DNA of 64,000 bases from the human T2T-CHM13v2.0 reference genome, Homo sapiens (GCF_009914755.1 NC_060936.1); one strand, 5' to 3'; shown: positions 44,761 to 57,845, numbered from the stretch's first letter. Notes: generated from the letters alone by a model not told the origin. Program-made: numbers and translations.

Positions 44761-46701
44761 AAAAAATATAAACCTTGACCTAAAATGTAAGTGTACATCT
44801 TCTCCTATTGCTTCCAATATAAAGATAGAACTTACACCAGAAAATATACTCAGAGTTTCCTAATAAACATCTTTTCCGTAAAAAAAAAAAGTAGACATAA
44901 ATATGCAGAAGAGATGAATTTAATCTACTTATATCCAGCTTGATGTGCTAAGGAGAAACTTTCCAACGCCCGTGAAATATGGTCCCAAAGGAGAGTGTAC
45001 TTTTTAGAAGCCATCGAACGTTGAGGCAAAGGAATGGACTTACAATTTTACGAAGTCTTAGGTCTTAGAATATTATGAGTTGTCACATCCTGGGGCAGTC
45101 ACAGAGATTTCATGGCTTTTACCCTCCAAGAGCAAGAATTCCAGGCACGTTTCAAAAATAGTGTCTTACCATGAAATACACCTGTCAAAGTTCCTTCTTA
45201 CTTTGAAAGATGTCTTTTTTTAAAAAAAAACCCCAATGGAAGAAACGTCCTTAATTCACAGTTCTCAGGGTCAGATTTTTGTAAGGAAGTTTTGGTGAAC
45301 AAATAACTGAACAGATGCCGGAAAACCTAAGACTTTCATTTGAGTAGAGGAGAGGGATTTATTAGACCACTAGATTAAAATTCCTGTATTTAAGACATAT
45401 TTCACAAACACTTAATGGGGTTTTCCCACCCGTTAAGAGCAAACTAAGGGCACAATGTTCCATTTTAATAGGGGCAGTAACTCCATTTCATTTATAGACT
45501 AAACGGACAGGAAAAAAAAAATACAAGGGCAGTTCTCGCCAGAGAAAACATGACCTAATACAAGGGCTCAGGCAATGTATTAGAAATAAAGGCCTGTCTG
45601 TAGCCCTGGCCATTTCTTTTCCTTTTTTCTATTTTTGGGAGGGGGTGGTGATTTGGAAGAAAAAAATTCTGTGGTTGATATCCAATGAAGTTAACACTTC
45701 TCGGCCAGGACTTCTATTACATGCAAACATCATGAATTATAATTAGAGAACAGCCTATTTACACATGAAGGTACACTGGGTCAAGTGAAAAACTCTGCCA
45801 AGAATCTCAGCTTTTGGCTGAGAAATATTGGCAATTGGCATAAAGAAAATGGTCCTGGAATGGGACAGAGCTGGGAGGAGCCAGGAGATCTAGTTTTCAA
45901 TCCATGTGACATTAGCAAATGGATGTATTGACATGCAAAGATTTCCCAGTAGATTAAGTTAAAAATAGCAATGTATAAAAAGATGTAAAGTATGATTTTG
46001 TTTTTTATTAAGAAAGACAGTGAATGTCTGTGTTTTTATGTGTACCTAAAAAATCAGACTTATGCCTACTGGATTACCAAAGTGTTTATTCTTGGTAGGC
46101 AGAGTTACTAGAATATGTCCACTTGCCATATATGTCATATTTCTATGTTGTTTGAAGTTTTAAACAAATATAGGTCACATTATAATTAGAAAAGGTTATA
46201 AGAGTATTTCCAGTAAAGGAAAAGGCAGTCTCTATCTTACAGAGTTCACTTCTTCTTCTCTAGAGGAAACCTCTATGTTGAGTTCAGACACACCTGCTTT
46301 ATAATCCTGGCTCTGCCATTTACCCAGCTGTTGACACCAGGAAAACCACTGAGCCTCTCTGAGTCTATCCTCTATTCTATTACGTAAGGACGTTCCTTTC
46401 TTCCTAGACTGGCAATGAGGATTATGTGAGGTAATGTTTGCACAGGGCCTGGCCTAGCGCCTGGCACTCACAAAGTGTTCAATTAAAGAAAAGAAAAAAT
46501 GAGTGCCTTGTCTTTTTAACAAGTACAATGGACAAGATCTAAACTTTAGCCAGGGATGTCAAACCATGACCAAGGGGGATGCAGTGGGGTGCCTACTTGG
46601 TATGTAGCCTGCAGCTTGGCACTGCATAGACAAAAATCCATCAGAGCACGTGTTCTCTACCTAAGGCACTTACTTGCTAGGTGGGAGACTGATAACTGTG
46701 A

Positions 46702-47011
<310 letters not shown>

Positions 47012-47367
47012 AGTAACATATCTTGAGCACCTACTATGTGCCAGGCACTGCTTGATTTCCCTAATGTGATAACTCATTTAATCATTGCAATCACTATTGT
47101 AGACAAACACTATTATTATTATCATCCCCCCTTTACAGGTAAAGAAATCAAAATACAAATAAATTACCTGTCTTGGCCATGGTCACCCAGCTGGTTGGGG
47201 TACAGCTGAATCTAGAACCCAGAACCCTGACTTCCGAGTCTGAACTCTTAACCCCCATGCACACCTTTGCCATGTAATTAAGGGTGAGGCCAGGGTTAGA
47301 GAGGGGAATTCAGGAAAAAGGGGCAGCTTTGTAACAGAAGCTTAGCCACCAAAACCTTGGAAAAGGC

Positions 47368-47557
47368 CAGGGGTGCTTAAACTTGAGTGACTACCAGAAT
47401 GTCCTGGGGGGCTTACAATAACACAGGTTGCCAGGCCCTACCCCCACGGCTTCTGATGCAGCAGGTTCAGGATGGGGACCAAGGATGTAAATTTCTGAGA
47501 AGCTCCCAGGTTATGCTGCTGCTGTTAGTCCAGGTACCCCAGTTGGAGAACCACTGT
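47368..47557. mobile_element. MER5A
   Basis: cttaaacttgagtg...gctgctgctgttagtccagg...ggagaaccactg. Confidence 0.75.
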
Positions 47558-47694
47558 TCTAAGCCCCCTGGGGTGCACGGGATTCAGACTGACTAGGAGC
47601 AAGGGTAAGGTAGCCCAGGAACTGAGACCTTCCAAATATGCGGATTATGCAAACAATAATACCAGCCATCTAGTCCATTACTAAAGGCTTCAAT

Positions 47695-47728
47695 GACTTC
47701 AAAACGTTCATGGAAGATGTGTATTATT
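47695..47728 (+). mobile_element. Solo Hsmar2 left terminal fragment
   Basis: gacttcaaaacgttcatggaagatgtgtattat aligns with 50444-50475 (gaattcaaaatgttcacagaagatgtgtatta). Confidence 0.75.
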
Positions 47729-47899
47729 CACATCTCCTTATTCACTAGTCGTGGCATAGCCATGCTGATTTTTTAAAATGTTAAATCATGAGTAGCTTTA
47801 AAGAAATGTAGCAAAAACACTTGTTTATAAATGCAGCATAATTGCCCTTTGATTTTTCACCTCTGAGTGATGAAGCATTCAAAAAGTGTCCTTCAACAG

Positions 47900-48293
47900 T
47901 GTATTAGTCTGTTCTCATGCTGCTAATAAAGACATACCTGAGAGTGGGTAATTTATAAAGGAGAGAGGTTTAATTGACTCACAGTTTAATTGACTCCCCA
48001 GCATGGCTGGGGAGGCCTCAGGAAACTTACAATCATGGCAGAAGGGGAAGAAAACACGTCCTTCTTCACATGGAAGCAGCAAGGAGAAGAATGAGCAAAA
48101 TAGGGGTCAGGGGGAAGCCCCTTATAAAACCATCAGATCTCGTGAGAACTCATTCACTATCAGGAGAACAGCATGGAGGTAACTGTCCCCATGTTTCAAT
48201 TACCTCCCTCCAGGTCCCTCCCACGACACATGAGGATTATGGGAACTACAATTCAAGATGAGATTTGGGCAGGGACACAGCAAAACCATATCA
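47900..48293 (-). mobile_element. THE1/MSTA-type MaLR solo LTR
   Basis: tgtattagtc...aaaccatatca; 5-bp TSD aacag at 47895-47899 and 48294-48298. Confidence 0.92.
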
Positions 48294-49035
48294 AACAGCC
48301 AATCAATGAAATGAAAAGGAATTTCATTCTTTATCTGAGTCTATCAAAGGATGTTATTGAGGATGCATTTCATGGCTCACCCCATGTTACTTCCAGTGAA
48401 CACTTTACCTTCCTCAATTTTCTTCCACATACTCAAGGACATTCCCCCTTTAAACTCCTCCCAAAAGGTCTCTCTTCAACCCTGGTAGAAACAAAGAAAA
48501 GAGAACATTTTCTATTTCTATACAAAAAAAGTCACTGGGATTTTGTTGGGGATAGCATTGAATCTACAAATTTACTTTGGGTAGTGTAGATATTTTAACA
48601 ATATTAAGTCTTCAAATCCATGACATGAACTTCTTTCCATTTATTTGTGTCATTTTTCATTGCTTTCATCAATGTTTTGTACTTTTCACTGTACCAATGT
48701 GCCTTTACAGTTAAATTTGTTTCTAAGTATCTTATTTTTTTAATACAGTATGTCTCTCCTTTTATTTAGACCTTCTTTGATTTCTTTCATTGGCATATTG
48801 CATTTTTTAGTATATCTGTATCATTTAGTCCTGTATATGCTTTATCAGATTTGTAGCTATGCTGTTGTAAATGGTATTGTACTTTTTAATCTTTGTGTCC
48901 ATGTGTTCATTGGTAGTTTGTAGAAACATAATTGTTTTTGCATGTTTATCTTTTTGATGCTGTTGTAAATAAGGTCACTTTCTTTATTTTTTGCCAATAG
49001 TTTATTTTTAGTGTATGGAAATGCAGCTGATTTTT

Positions 49036-49334
49036 CTTTTTTTTTTTTTTTGAGAGAGAGAGGGTCTCACTTTGTCATCCAGGCTAGAGTGCAGTGGACC
49101 AATCATGGCTTACTGTAGCTTCGACCTAGGATCAAGCAATCCTCCCACCTCAGCTTCCTGAGTAGCTGAGACTACAGTTGTGTGCCACCATGCCTGACTA
49201 ATTTGTTTTTTTTTATTATTTATTTTTGTAGTGATAGAGTCTCGCTATGTTTCTCAGGCTGGTCTCAAAACCTGAACTCAAGCTATATTCCTACCTCAGC
49301 CTCCAAAAATGTTGGGTGAGCCACCATGCCTGGT
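49036..49334 (-). mobile_element. Alu (AluJ-like)
   Basis: TSD gca(g/a)ctgattttt at 49023-49035 and 49335-49347. Confidence 0.9.
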
Positions 49335-50437
49335 GCAACTGATTTTTAAATGATGATTTTGTGTCCTGTGACTTTACTAAATTCATTTATTAGTTCTAAC
49401 ACTTTTTTGGTGGAGTCTTTAGATTATGCCATCTGCAAATAGAGACAATTTTACTTTTTTTCCGATCTGAATGTCTTTTTAAATATCTCATTTTTTCCCT
49501 AATTGCTCTGGCTTCTACTACCATCCTTAATAGAAGTAGCTAGAGTGAGCATCGTTGTCTTGTTCCTGATCTTAAAGGAAACACTTTCAGTTTTTCACCA
49601 CTGAGTATGATGTTAGCTGTGGGCTTTTCATATACAGTCTTCAGCGTTCTGAGGTAAGTTTCTTCTACACTTAATTTGCTGAAAGTTTTTGTCGTAAAAT
49701 GGTGTTGAATTCTGTCAAATGCTTTTGCTGCATCTACTAAGATGATTATATGCTTATTAACCTTCATTCTCTTAATATGGGATATTATATTCATTGCTCT
49801 GTATATGTTGAACCATCCTTGCATCCCAGGGATAAATCTCACTTTTCAGGGTGTATGATATTTTAATGTGCTGTTGAATTTGATTTGCTAGTATTTTGTT
49901 ATGAATTTTTGCATCTGTGTTCATCAAGGATATTAGCCTGTAGTTTTTTTTCTTATAGTATCTTTGGCATTAGTAACAGGGTAATTCTGGCCTCATAAAA
50001 TATGTTTGGAAGGGTTTCTTCCTCTTCAATTTTTTGGAAGAGCTTGAAATATATTGGCATCAATTCTTCTTTAAATGTTTGCTAGAATTCACCAGTGAAG
50101 CCATCTGGTGCTAGGCTTTTCTTGGTTGAGAAGTTTCAATCTAGGCAATGATTTCTCGGATATGACATCAAAAGCATACACAACAAAAGCAAAAAGTTAC
50201 TAGTGGGACTACATCAAATTGAAAGCTTCTGCAGCACAAGGGAAATAATCAACAGAGTGAAAAAACAACCTATGGGATGGGAGAAAATATTTGCAAACTG
50301 TTTATCTGATAGGGGTTAATACACAAAATATACAAGAACCTCTTACAACTCAATGGCAAAAATACAAATAACCTAATTTTAAAATGGGAAAAGTATTTGA
50401 ATGAACATTTCTCCAATGATTTACAAATGGCCAAGTA

Positions 50438-51741
50438 CAAAAGGAATTCAAAATGTTCACAGAAGATGTGTATTACAAAAAAAACTAGGCATGGATTTCA
50501 AAATTTTTTACATGGAAATAAACTTATACTAACTTGTTACAACATGTCTCAACAGGATCTAGTTGGAGGCACTAGGAAGGATAAGACATCAGTTTGAGAA
50601 TAGTCCTTATCAAAGCAACATGAATTCTACTAAAATTGAAGCAAAGACAAACATCAAATGTATGGTAAAGCTTGGGTAGAAGAATGGCAAAATCATCGAT
50701 GTTTTATGAAAAATTTATGGGGATGATGCCCCAAAGACATCAGCTGTTTGCAAATGGATAACTCACTATAAGAAAGGACGAGACACTGTTGATGATGAAG
50801 CCCACGGTGGCAGACCATCCACAGTGATTTGTAAGGAAAAAATTAATCTTGTGTGTGACCTAATTGAAAAGGATCAATGACTAACAGCAGAGACAATAGC
50901 CAACATCACAGACATCTCAGTTGGCTCAGTTTATGCAATTTCAACTGAAAAATTAAAGTTGAGCAAACTTTCTACTCAATGGCACCAACACCATCAGCTG
51001 CATCCAGACCTGCTGCAGACAAGAGCAGAGCTTTCAATGAAAATTTTGGACAAGTAGAATTAAGGTTCTGAAACATTTCTTTGAAGAATTGTAACAGGAG
51101 ATGAAACATGGCTTTACTATTATAATCCTGAAGACAAAGAACAATCAAAGCAATAGCAACCAAGAGGTGGAAATGGTCCAGTAAAAGCAAAAGCAGAGCA
51201 GTCAAGAGCAAGGTCATGGCAACAGTTTTCTGGGATGCTCAAGGCATTTGCTTGTTAACTTTCTGGAGGGCCTAAGAATTATAATATCTGCTTATTATGA
51301 GAATGTTAGTTAAAGCTTTAGCAGAGAAACACCTGGGAAACCATCACCAGAAAGTCCTTCTCCACTTCAACAACACTCCTGTTCATTCCTCTCATCAAAC
51401 AAGTGCACTTTTGCAAGAGTTTGAATGGAAAATTATTAGGCATCCACCTTCCAGTCCATATTTGGTTTCTTCTGACTTCTTTTGGCTTCCTAATCTTAAA
51501 AAGTATTTAAATGGTACCCATTTTTCTTCAGTTAATAACATAAAAAATACTGGCTTAACATGGTTAAATCCCCAAAACCCTTGGTTCTTTAGTGATGGAC
51601 TAAATGGCTGGTATTACTGCTTGCAAAAGTGTCTTGAAGTTGATGATTCTTATGTTGAGAAAAATAAAGTTTGCATTTTTTCTTTTTATCTTTTAATATA
51701 AAAGATAGAGTTTTTCTTCATGAATTTTTGAAGTCCTCTCA
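50438..51741 (+). mobile_element. Full-length Hsmar2 mariner DNA transposon
   Basis: ~1.3 kb, both degenerate TIRs present, TA at 50436-37 and 51742-43; host L1 rejoins across it. Confidence 0.93.
50620..51670 (+). pseudogene. Hsmar2 transposase, multiply disrupted
   Basis: MNSTKIEAKTNIK...GGRPS...IVTGDETW...LLHFNNTPVH...HPPSSPYLVSSDFF; stops and frameshifts; second catalytic Asp lost. Confidence 0.92.
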
Positions 51742-52457
51742 TATATGAGAAGGTGCTCGACATCACTAACCATCAGGGAAACACAAATCAAAACCACAAT
51801 GAAATATCACGTCATACCTATTAGAATGGCTATTTTCAAAGGGAAAATAGATGTGCTGGCAAGGATGTAGAAGAAAAAGAACTCTTGTACGCTATTGGTG
51901 GGAATGTAAATTGGTATGGCCATTTTAGGAAACAAAATAGAAGTTCCTCCAATAATTAAAAATAGAGCTACCATATGATCCAGCAATTCCACTCCAGAGT
52001 TTATAGCTAAAGGAATTGAAATGAGGATTTTGAAGAGATAATCTACACTTCAAGTAGCACACACAGGTAGCCAAGTCATGGAAGCAACCTCAACAAAATA
52101 TTATCCAGGCTTAAAAAAAACAAGGAAATCTTCCCATTTACATACAATATGAATCAAACTGGTAGACGTTATGCTAAGTGATACAAACCAGTCACAGAAG
52201 GATAAATACTGCATTATCCCACTTCTATGAGAAATCTAAAATAGCCAAACTCATAAAAGCAGAGAACAGCATGGTGGTTGCCAAGGCTGGGGAAAGAGGG
52301 ACATGAGGAGTTGTTTTCTCAATGGGTATAAAGTTTCTGTTATGCAATATGGATAAGTTCTCAAGATCTTCTGTATAACATAGTGCCTGTAGTTAATACA
52401 ATAAAGTGTACTTAAAAATTTGTTAAAAGGGTGGATCTCATGTTAAGTGTTCTTAAC

Positions 52458-52492
52458 ACACACACACAAACACACACACACACACACACACA
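52458..52492. repeat. (CA)n microsatellite
   Basis: Directly visible. Confidence 0.9.
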
Positions 52493-54164
52493 AAGGGACA
52501 AAAGAAAACTTTGGAAGGTGATGGATCTGTTTATTACCTTGATTGGGATCCACATTATTTGGGTATTATTGCCACTAAAAATATTACTAGCAAGGAAGCC
52601 AGGTGGTACTTTTTTTCCATTTTTCTCAGTTGATTTTGCCAGATGATTGTGTTCCAGTTACTTCTTCCTGCAAGAATAAGGATAGTATACACTAAGTTTA
52701 TTTTGTTATTGTTGCTGTAGTCTTTTCAGATGAGATGAAAAAGTCATGAACTCTATCAAATCCCAGATTAAAAACAGCAACAACTAAGAAGTCTCTATAG
52801 AAGTTTAAGTGATGTGAATTCTAAAAATTAAAGAGAATTTTTAAGTGCAATTGCTAGAATCTCAATTCATTAAAATAAATGTAGTTTGAGATTTGGTATC
52901 ATGTTAAAAATTTGGAAGCTGCTGTCATGTTGTGACTAATTTAATATTCTTGGAAAATAACATTTTTGTGGAGGGAGAGAAGTGCTGATTTTCTCATTGA
53001 CTTTGGCGGGCGGAGGAATCCAGAAAGTAGGATATGGGTTTCCCATTCTTGTTCCCCCAAAATGCCTATATTACCTCCAAAACTCAGTGAGAAAATGACC
53101 CACTTATTTGGACCTCAGATCTCCCATCTACTCTTCAAGCAGTGTGACCTTTTTTAATATGGTATATGTTGGAGTTTAAATATAAGGCTTCTCTTGAGAA
53201 AAGATTTCTGCTGCTAAAAGTAGGTTGATCGACTCAATGGTAAAAACACATTTCCCCCTTGTGGGACTCAATAAAACTATTTTCAAGTTTAATGGAAAAA
53301 ATAGGCTATAAAATTGTTTTATTTTTCCTGAATACTTCTTTCTGATGTAAAAAAACAGGGTTATTTGTCACTGATCTAAACCATGGTTTTGTATCTTTCA
53401 GGTTTATAGGAAAATAAGAAGCTCTCTCTCTCTACTCCCACCTCAATGTTACCACCCCCAAGCAAAACCACAGTCCATTTTCCCTGTTGAGGGCCCCATG
53501 TATGATGTTAGAAAAAGGATCTGGCTGTCTTCCCTTATGTCTGTTTCAAAGGTTATGGACATAGCTCTGGTTTCTCTATTTCCCTGAACATATCATTATT
53601 TAAACACCATGCATGGATTCATGTAAACCAGTGGCTTTTAGCCCTCATTTTATATCCAAAGCCCCTGGGAACTTTAAAAAAATCTAGATTCCCAGACCTC
53701 ATGCCAGATCTACTGAAAGAGAATCTCCAGGGGTATGTTCTGGGCATCTTTAAGAAAGAGCAATTTAAGGATAGTTTTCTCATTCTTCCTCCTGAAATCA
53801 GAGTATAGTCAGTATCATGGAGGGAAGCTGGCTTCACCATCTGAGCACAAAAGGCTGTTCATCACCCACTTAGACACCAACAGGTGGGCATGTCAGGAGG
53901 CCCAGGAGCTCCTGAACATGCCCTTTCTCTTCATGCACAGGCCCTTTCAGGGTCAAAATACTCTACTGAGCACCATCTTGGTTCTTTCCTCCATACCAGA
54001 CACTGCCTAAGACAGGTGACACTCCTGAGGAGAAAGGTTATGAACTCCTAAATTAGCATCTTCCAAATCTACTTATCCTGTGCAATGCCCAGTGGAAAAT
54101 AGAGCTCTGTGGTTAAGTTCAGGATATGCTACTAGCACCGAACTGCTTTTAAGAGCCACTATGC

Positions 54165-54325
54165 TGGTGCACGTCTGTGGTTCCAGCTACTCTGGTGGCT
54201 GAGGCTGGAGGATTCTTGAGCCTAGAAGGTTCAGACTGCAGTGAGCCATGATCATGCCACTGCACTGCAACCTGGGTGACACAGTGAGACTCTGCCTTGG
54301 GAAAAAAAAAAAAAAAGAAACAACC
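54165..54325 (+). mobile_element. FRAM or 5'-truncated Alu right arm
   Basis: Perfect 14-bp TSD aagagccactatgc at 54151-54164 and 54326-54339; TTTT/AAGA endonuclease site. Confidence 0.92.
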
Positions 54326-54799
54326 AAGAGCCACTATGCACTTGGACTCTAAAAAATTCTGCAATCAAGAAATCTGTTTACTGAGCATTCCCCACCTGTA
54401 TTCGACTACGGTACCCTTTTCTATTAATATCCCTATCAGTATCTGAGGAACACACTTTGCCACATGTTGATCCCGACTATGAGCTGCTGGATATAAGGTC
54501 CAGTGTCCCCTGATGCCTTACTCCTCAAAGCAACTGGAGAAGGAGAGGAAGCAAGGCAGAGTCCAGGAACAGGAAAGACATAGTTTGGCCGAGGGGATTT
54601 AGCAGCCTGATAGTAATCAGAGAACTTGAGTGTAATTGCTTGTGTTGTTTCTGAAAGCATCTCAGCCAGGCTGGTGGTCCAACGTCCAAATTAGCTAATG
54701 GGGACAGGAGGGCTTTACATGTTTAGAAATGAGGGCTTTTTGGATCAGCACTCAAAGATACTCCAATTTTTTGGAAAATTGCCATTTTCCTCTTATATC

Positions 54800-54982
54800 A
54801 TGATTCTCAAACTTTAGCTTGCATCGTCTCCCCTGGAGGCTTATGAAAACACAGATTGTCAGGTTCCACTCTGGGAGTGGCTGAGGCAGCAGGTCTGGAG
54901 TGGGGTCAGAGAATTTGCATTTCTAACAAGTTCCCAGGTGATGCTGATCTGTTGGTCCGGGGACCACACTGAGGATGACTGC
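54800..54982. mobile_element. MER5A
   Basis: ttctcaaactttagcttgcat...gaatttgcatttctaacaagttcccaggtgatgctgat. Confidence 0.85.
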
Positions 54983-56611
54983 TTTAGGAAGTAAAGAAGT
55001 GCAACAGAAGAAGGGAAGGGGATACAAGTGATAGACAAAGAGGAAACCGAATAAAAAGAAGAAAGAAAATATAAAAGAGGAGTGGGAGAGAAGACAGGGA
55101 GATAGTGAGAATGACAGGAGAACAAGGGAAAGGGGAGAGAAACAGCTGGGAAGAGAGAGGAAAGCTAGGAAAAGAGGACCACAATAGAAGAATAATGAGT
55201 AAAAGAGAAGAAAAAGGGAGAAAAAGAAAGAAGGAGACTGAGCTGCTTGCAGACTTGCATAAGGGTTCCCAAGGTGTCAACGTTGGTATCTGGGCAAAGG
55301 ACCAGTGGTAGTGAAGCTTCCTGCATCTGTGGGGACACCTACTGTATACACAGCAACAACTTCCGCATCCATATTGCTTGTGGATATGCCCAGGTTTCCA
55401 GTTCCCTGGCCTCAGCTTGGTTACACCAGCTGCTTTGGAAGCAAACCTGGCTCCAGTTAAAGGAGAAAGCCATGAGAAAGGAGGACAGAGTTCTCATGTC
55501 CTTATTTCCCCATCCTGACCTCCTCCCCTCCTGGGTCTTTTCAGATCCTGGATTCCCTTCTCAACTTCCCCTCTAACCCAGAAGGACAGCCAACTGAAGC
55601 TGGAGCCAACTCTCCCTCCCCAGGGCTTCTGCTCCCAACTGCTGGCCTGCACACGTCCTCCAGCCACCCCAAGACTCAACAAGCTCTACCTTTGGGGCTG
55701 TGCTGGTCTCCACCCCCAATGTCAGACAAACAAATGGGATCTTAGGGGTCCAAGGAAGCCCCACTGGCGGTTGCTGATAAAATTCACATGTTGTCCCTTG
55801 GGCAGTCTTCAGGGCTAGGATGCGTGCATCATGAGAACCCAAAGCCACCTCCACGAGAGGAAATCCTAGTGGGTGGAGAGGAGCCAGGGCTTGGCTATGC
55901 CACCTCATTCAAAAGAGGTGCACAATGGCCCCTGGAGATGGACTCTGTTGTAGCAAGAGGTGGATAAACAGGCCGAGGAATTGTGGGCTCAGCCTGGGAA
56001 TCAGACTGAGATGGCAGTACGTCTCTTCCCTGGAGGTGCGAGAAAACCTGGCTATAAATCAAGGAAATTAAATAGAGTGCAGGGCTTAAGGTCATTGCTC
56101 AAGCTCCTAATCCAGATCCCAGAGTTGCTGAAAGGATCACCACGCCCAGCAGCCCAGAAGGAGGGAAGCTCTGTTTCACAGGCTTTCCGCTCCCCAGAGC
56201 ACAGTGAGGAGGCTGGACGTGGTGGGAACTTCAAGTGCGTAAGCTGCTTCGCCATCCCAGGGCAGCGGAATGTGAGAGCTGGAAAGGGGCTCACAGACCA
56301 TCTCCTCCTAATGTTCCCCTTTTAAAGACAGAGAAACCAAGACCAGATGAAGAAAAGAGGAATTTGTACAAAGGCACAGAGGCATTTGTTATCAACAAAA
56401 TCCACAGGCAAATAAAATCGCAGGTGGCAACTGGAAACTGTGCCAGGGAGCAATTTACGGGTGATTTGCTTTGAGAATCATGAGGTCCTGCAGAACAGTA
56501 AGTGGGGATAGAGCAAAGTTCCAGGAGGCAGGACCCATCCTGACAATAAACAAGCAAACAGCAAACAGGTGCTTTTGCCTATCATACAGCTATGCAAGCA
56601 CATGCATAAGT

Positions 56612-56963
56612 TTTTAAAATTTTTCAGCTTTTATTTTAGACTCAGGGGGTATATCTGCAGATTTGTGACATGGATATCATGCACGATGCTGGAGTTTGGA
56701 ATGCAAATGATCCCATCACCCAGGTAGTGAGCGTAGTACCCAATAGGTGGGTTTTCAGCCATTTTCCTTCCCTCCCCCGTTTAGTGGTCTCCAGTGACTG
56801 TTGTTCTGATCTTTATGTCTATGTGCATTCAATGTTTAGCTCCCATTTATAAGTGAGAACATGAGGCATTTGGTTTTCAGTTCTTGTGCTGGTTTACTTA
56901 GAGTAATGGTTTCCAGCTCCATCCATGTTGCTGCAAAGGGCATGACTTTGTTCTTTTGTATGG
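56612..56963 (-). mobile_element. L1PB4/L1PA16-like 3' end
   Basis: ttttattttagactcagggggt...gatcccatcacccaggtagtgagcgtagtacccaatagg. Confidence 0.85.
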
Positions 56964-57384
56964 CACGCATAACTTTTTGTAAAATTTTGTCAAACATTTA
57001 GTATAAGTGGACAAGCAACTTGGAAAGAATGAAAATCTTACTTACCATGCAGATTAAAGAATGACTGTGGGTTTCTTTAGAGCATTTATGATGTGTCAGA
57101 CATGGGGCCAAGCCCTTTACTTTAGTCTTCTCACTTAATCTCCACAAATGCCGGGAGGAACTATTTTTGTTGCTGCCATTTTTCCAATAAGGAGAGTGAG
57201 GCACAGAGCAATAATTGCTCAAGATTGAAATCTAGCGTCTCTGTGTTTTTTACTTCACTCTCCAATATGAGCATTTTTCAGTAGCAGAAATTATTTTTCT
57301 ATGGCATCACTTTTAAGGGTTCACCATGATTTCATGGTAGAGTGGACACAGTATCTTTGAGCACACAGGGTCTGTGCTCATCTC

Positions 57385-57592
57385 TGTGGCAGAGTTCTGC
57401 AAACTCTTTTTCTTAAAAGGGAAGAGAATGCATATTCTCCGTTGTGCTGACCCTGGGGTCCTGTTGCAAGTACTCAGCTCTGCTGCTGTGGCACATGCAA
57501 GTAGCCATAGACAGTACAGAACCCAACAAAATTTCATTTGCAAAAACAGGAGGTGAGCTGAATTTGGCGAGGGGGCTGTAGTTTGCTGCCTG
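57385..57592. mobile_element. MER58A-like hAT MITE
   Basis: gcaaactctttttcttaaaaggg...tactcagctctgc...gctgtagtttgc. Confidence 0.75.
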
Positions 57593-57845
57593 CACCTTGC
57601 TATAAGGTCTCACACCTAGTAAATACTCAATGGATACAGTCATTGTTATTGATGTTATCTATCAAAATAGCTTTAACAATATATGATAATAATATACATA
57701 CATCTCTGAGCCAACTTCTCCAGTACAGACACAAAATCGTGGAGAACAGTGATTCTTCAACTTTACCGTGCATGAGAATCCATGGAACTTCTTAACAATG
57801 CGGAAGTGGCCTCATCTTCAAAGAACCTGATGCAGATAATCTGAG

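Larger units (their letters stand above)
48508..52548. mobile_element. L1MA/L1MB element with inverted 5' part (48508-50137 minus; 50138-52548 plus), hosting an Alu and Hsmar2
   Basis: Antisense RT region ([11 protein letters not shown]), then sense ORF2 C-terminus and 3'UTR. Confidence 0.85.

Noticed and set aside
51297-51701. SETMAR-like domesticated transposase exon
   Set aside because: It is an Hsmar2 (not Hsmar1) fragment with degenerate catalytic motifs and upstream stops.
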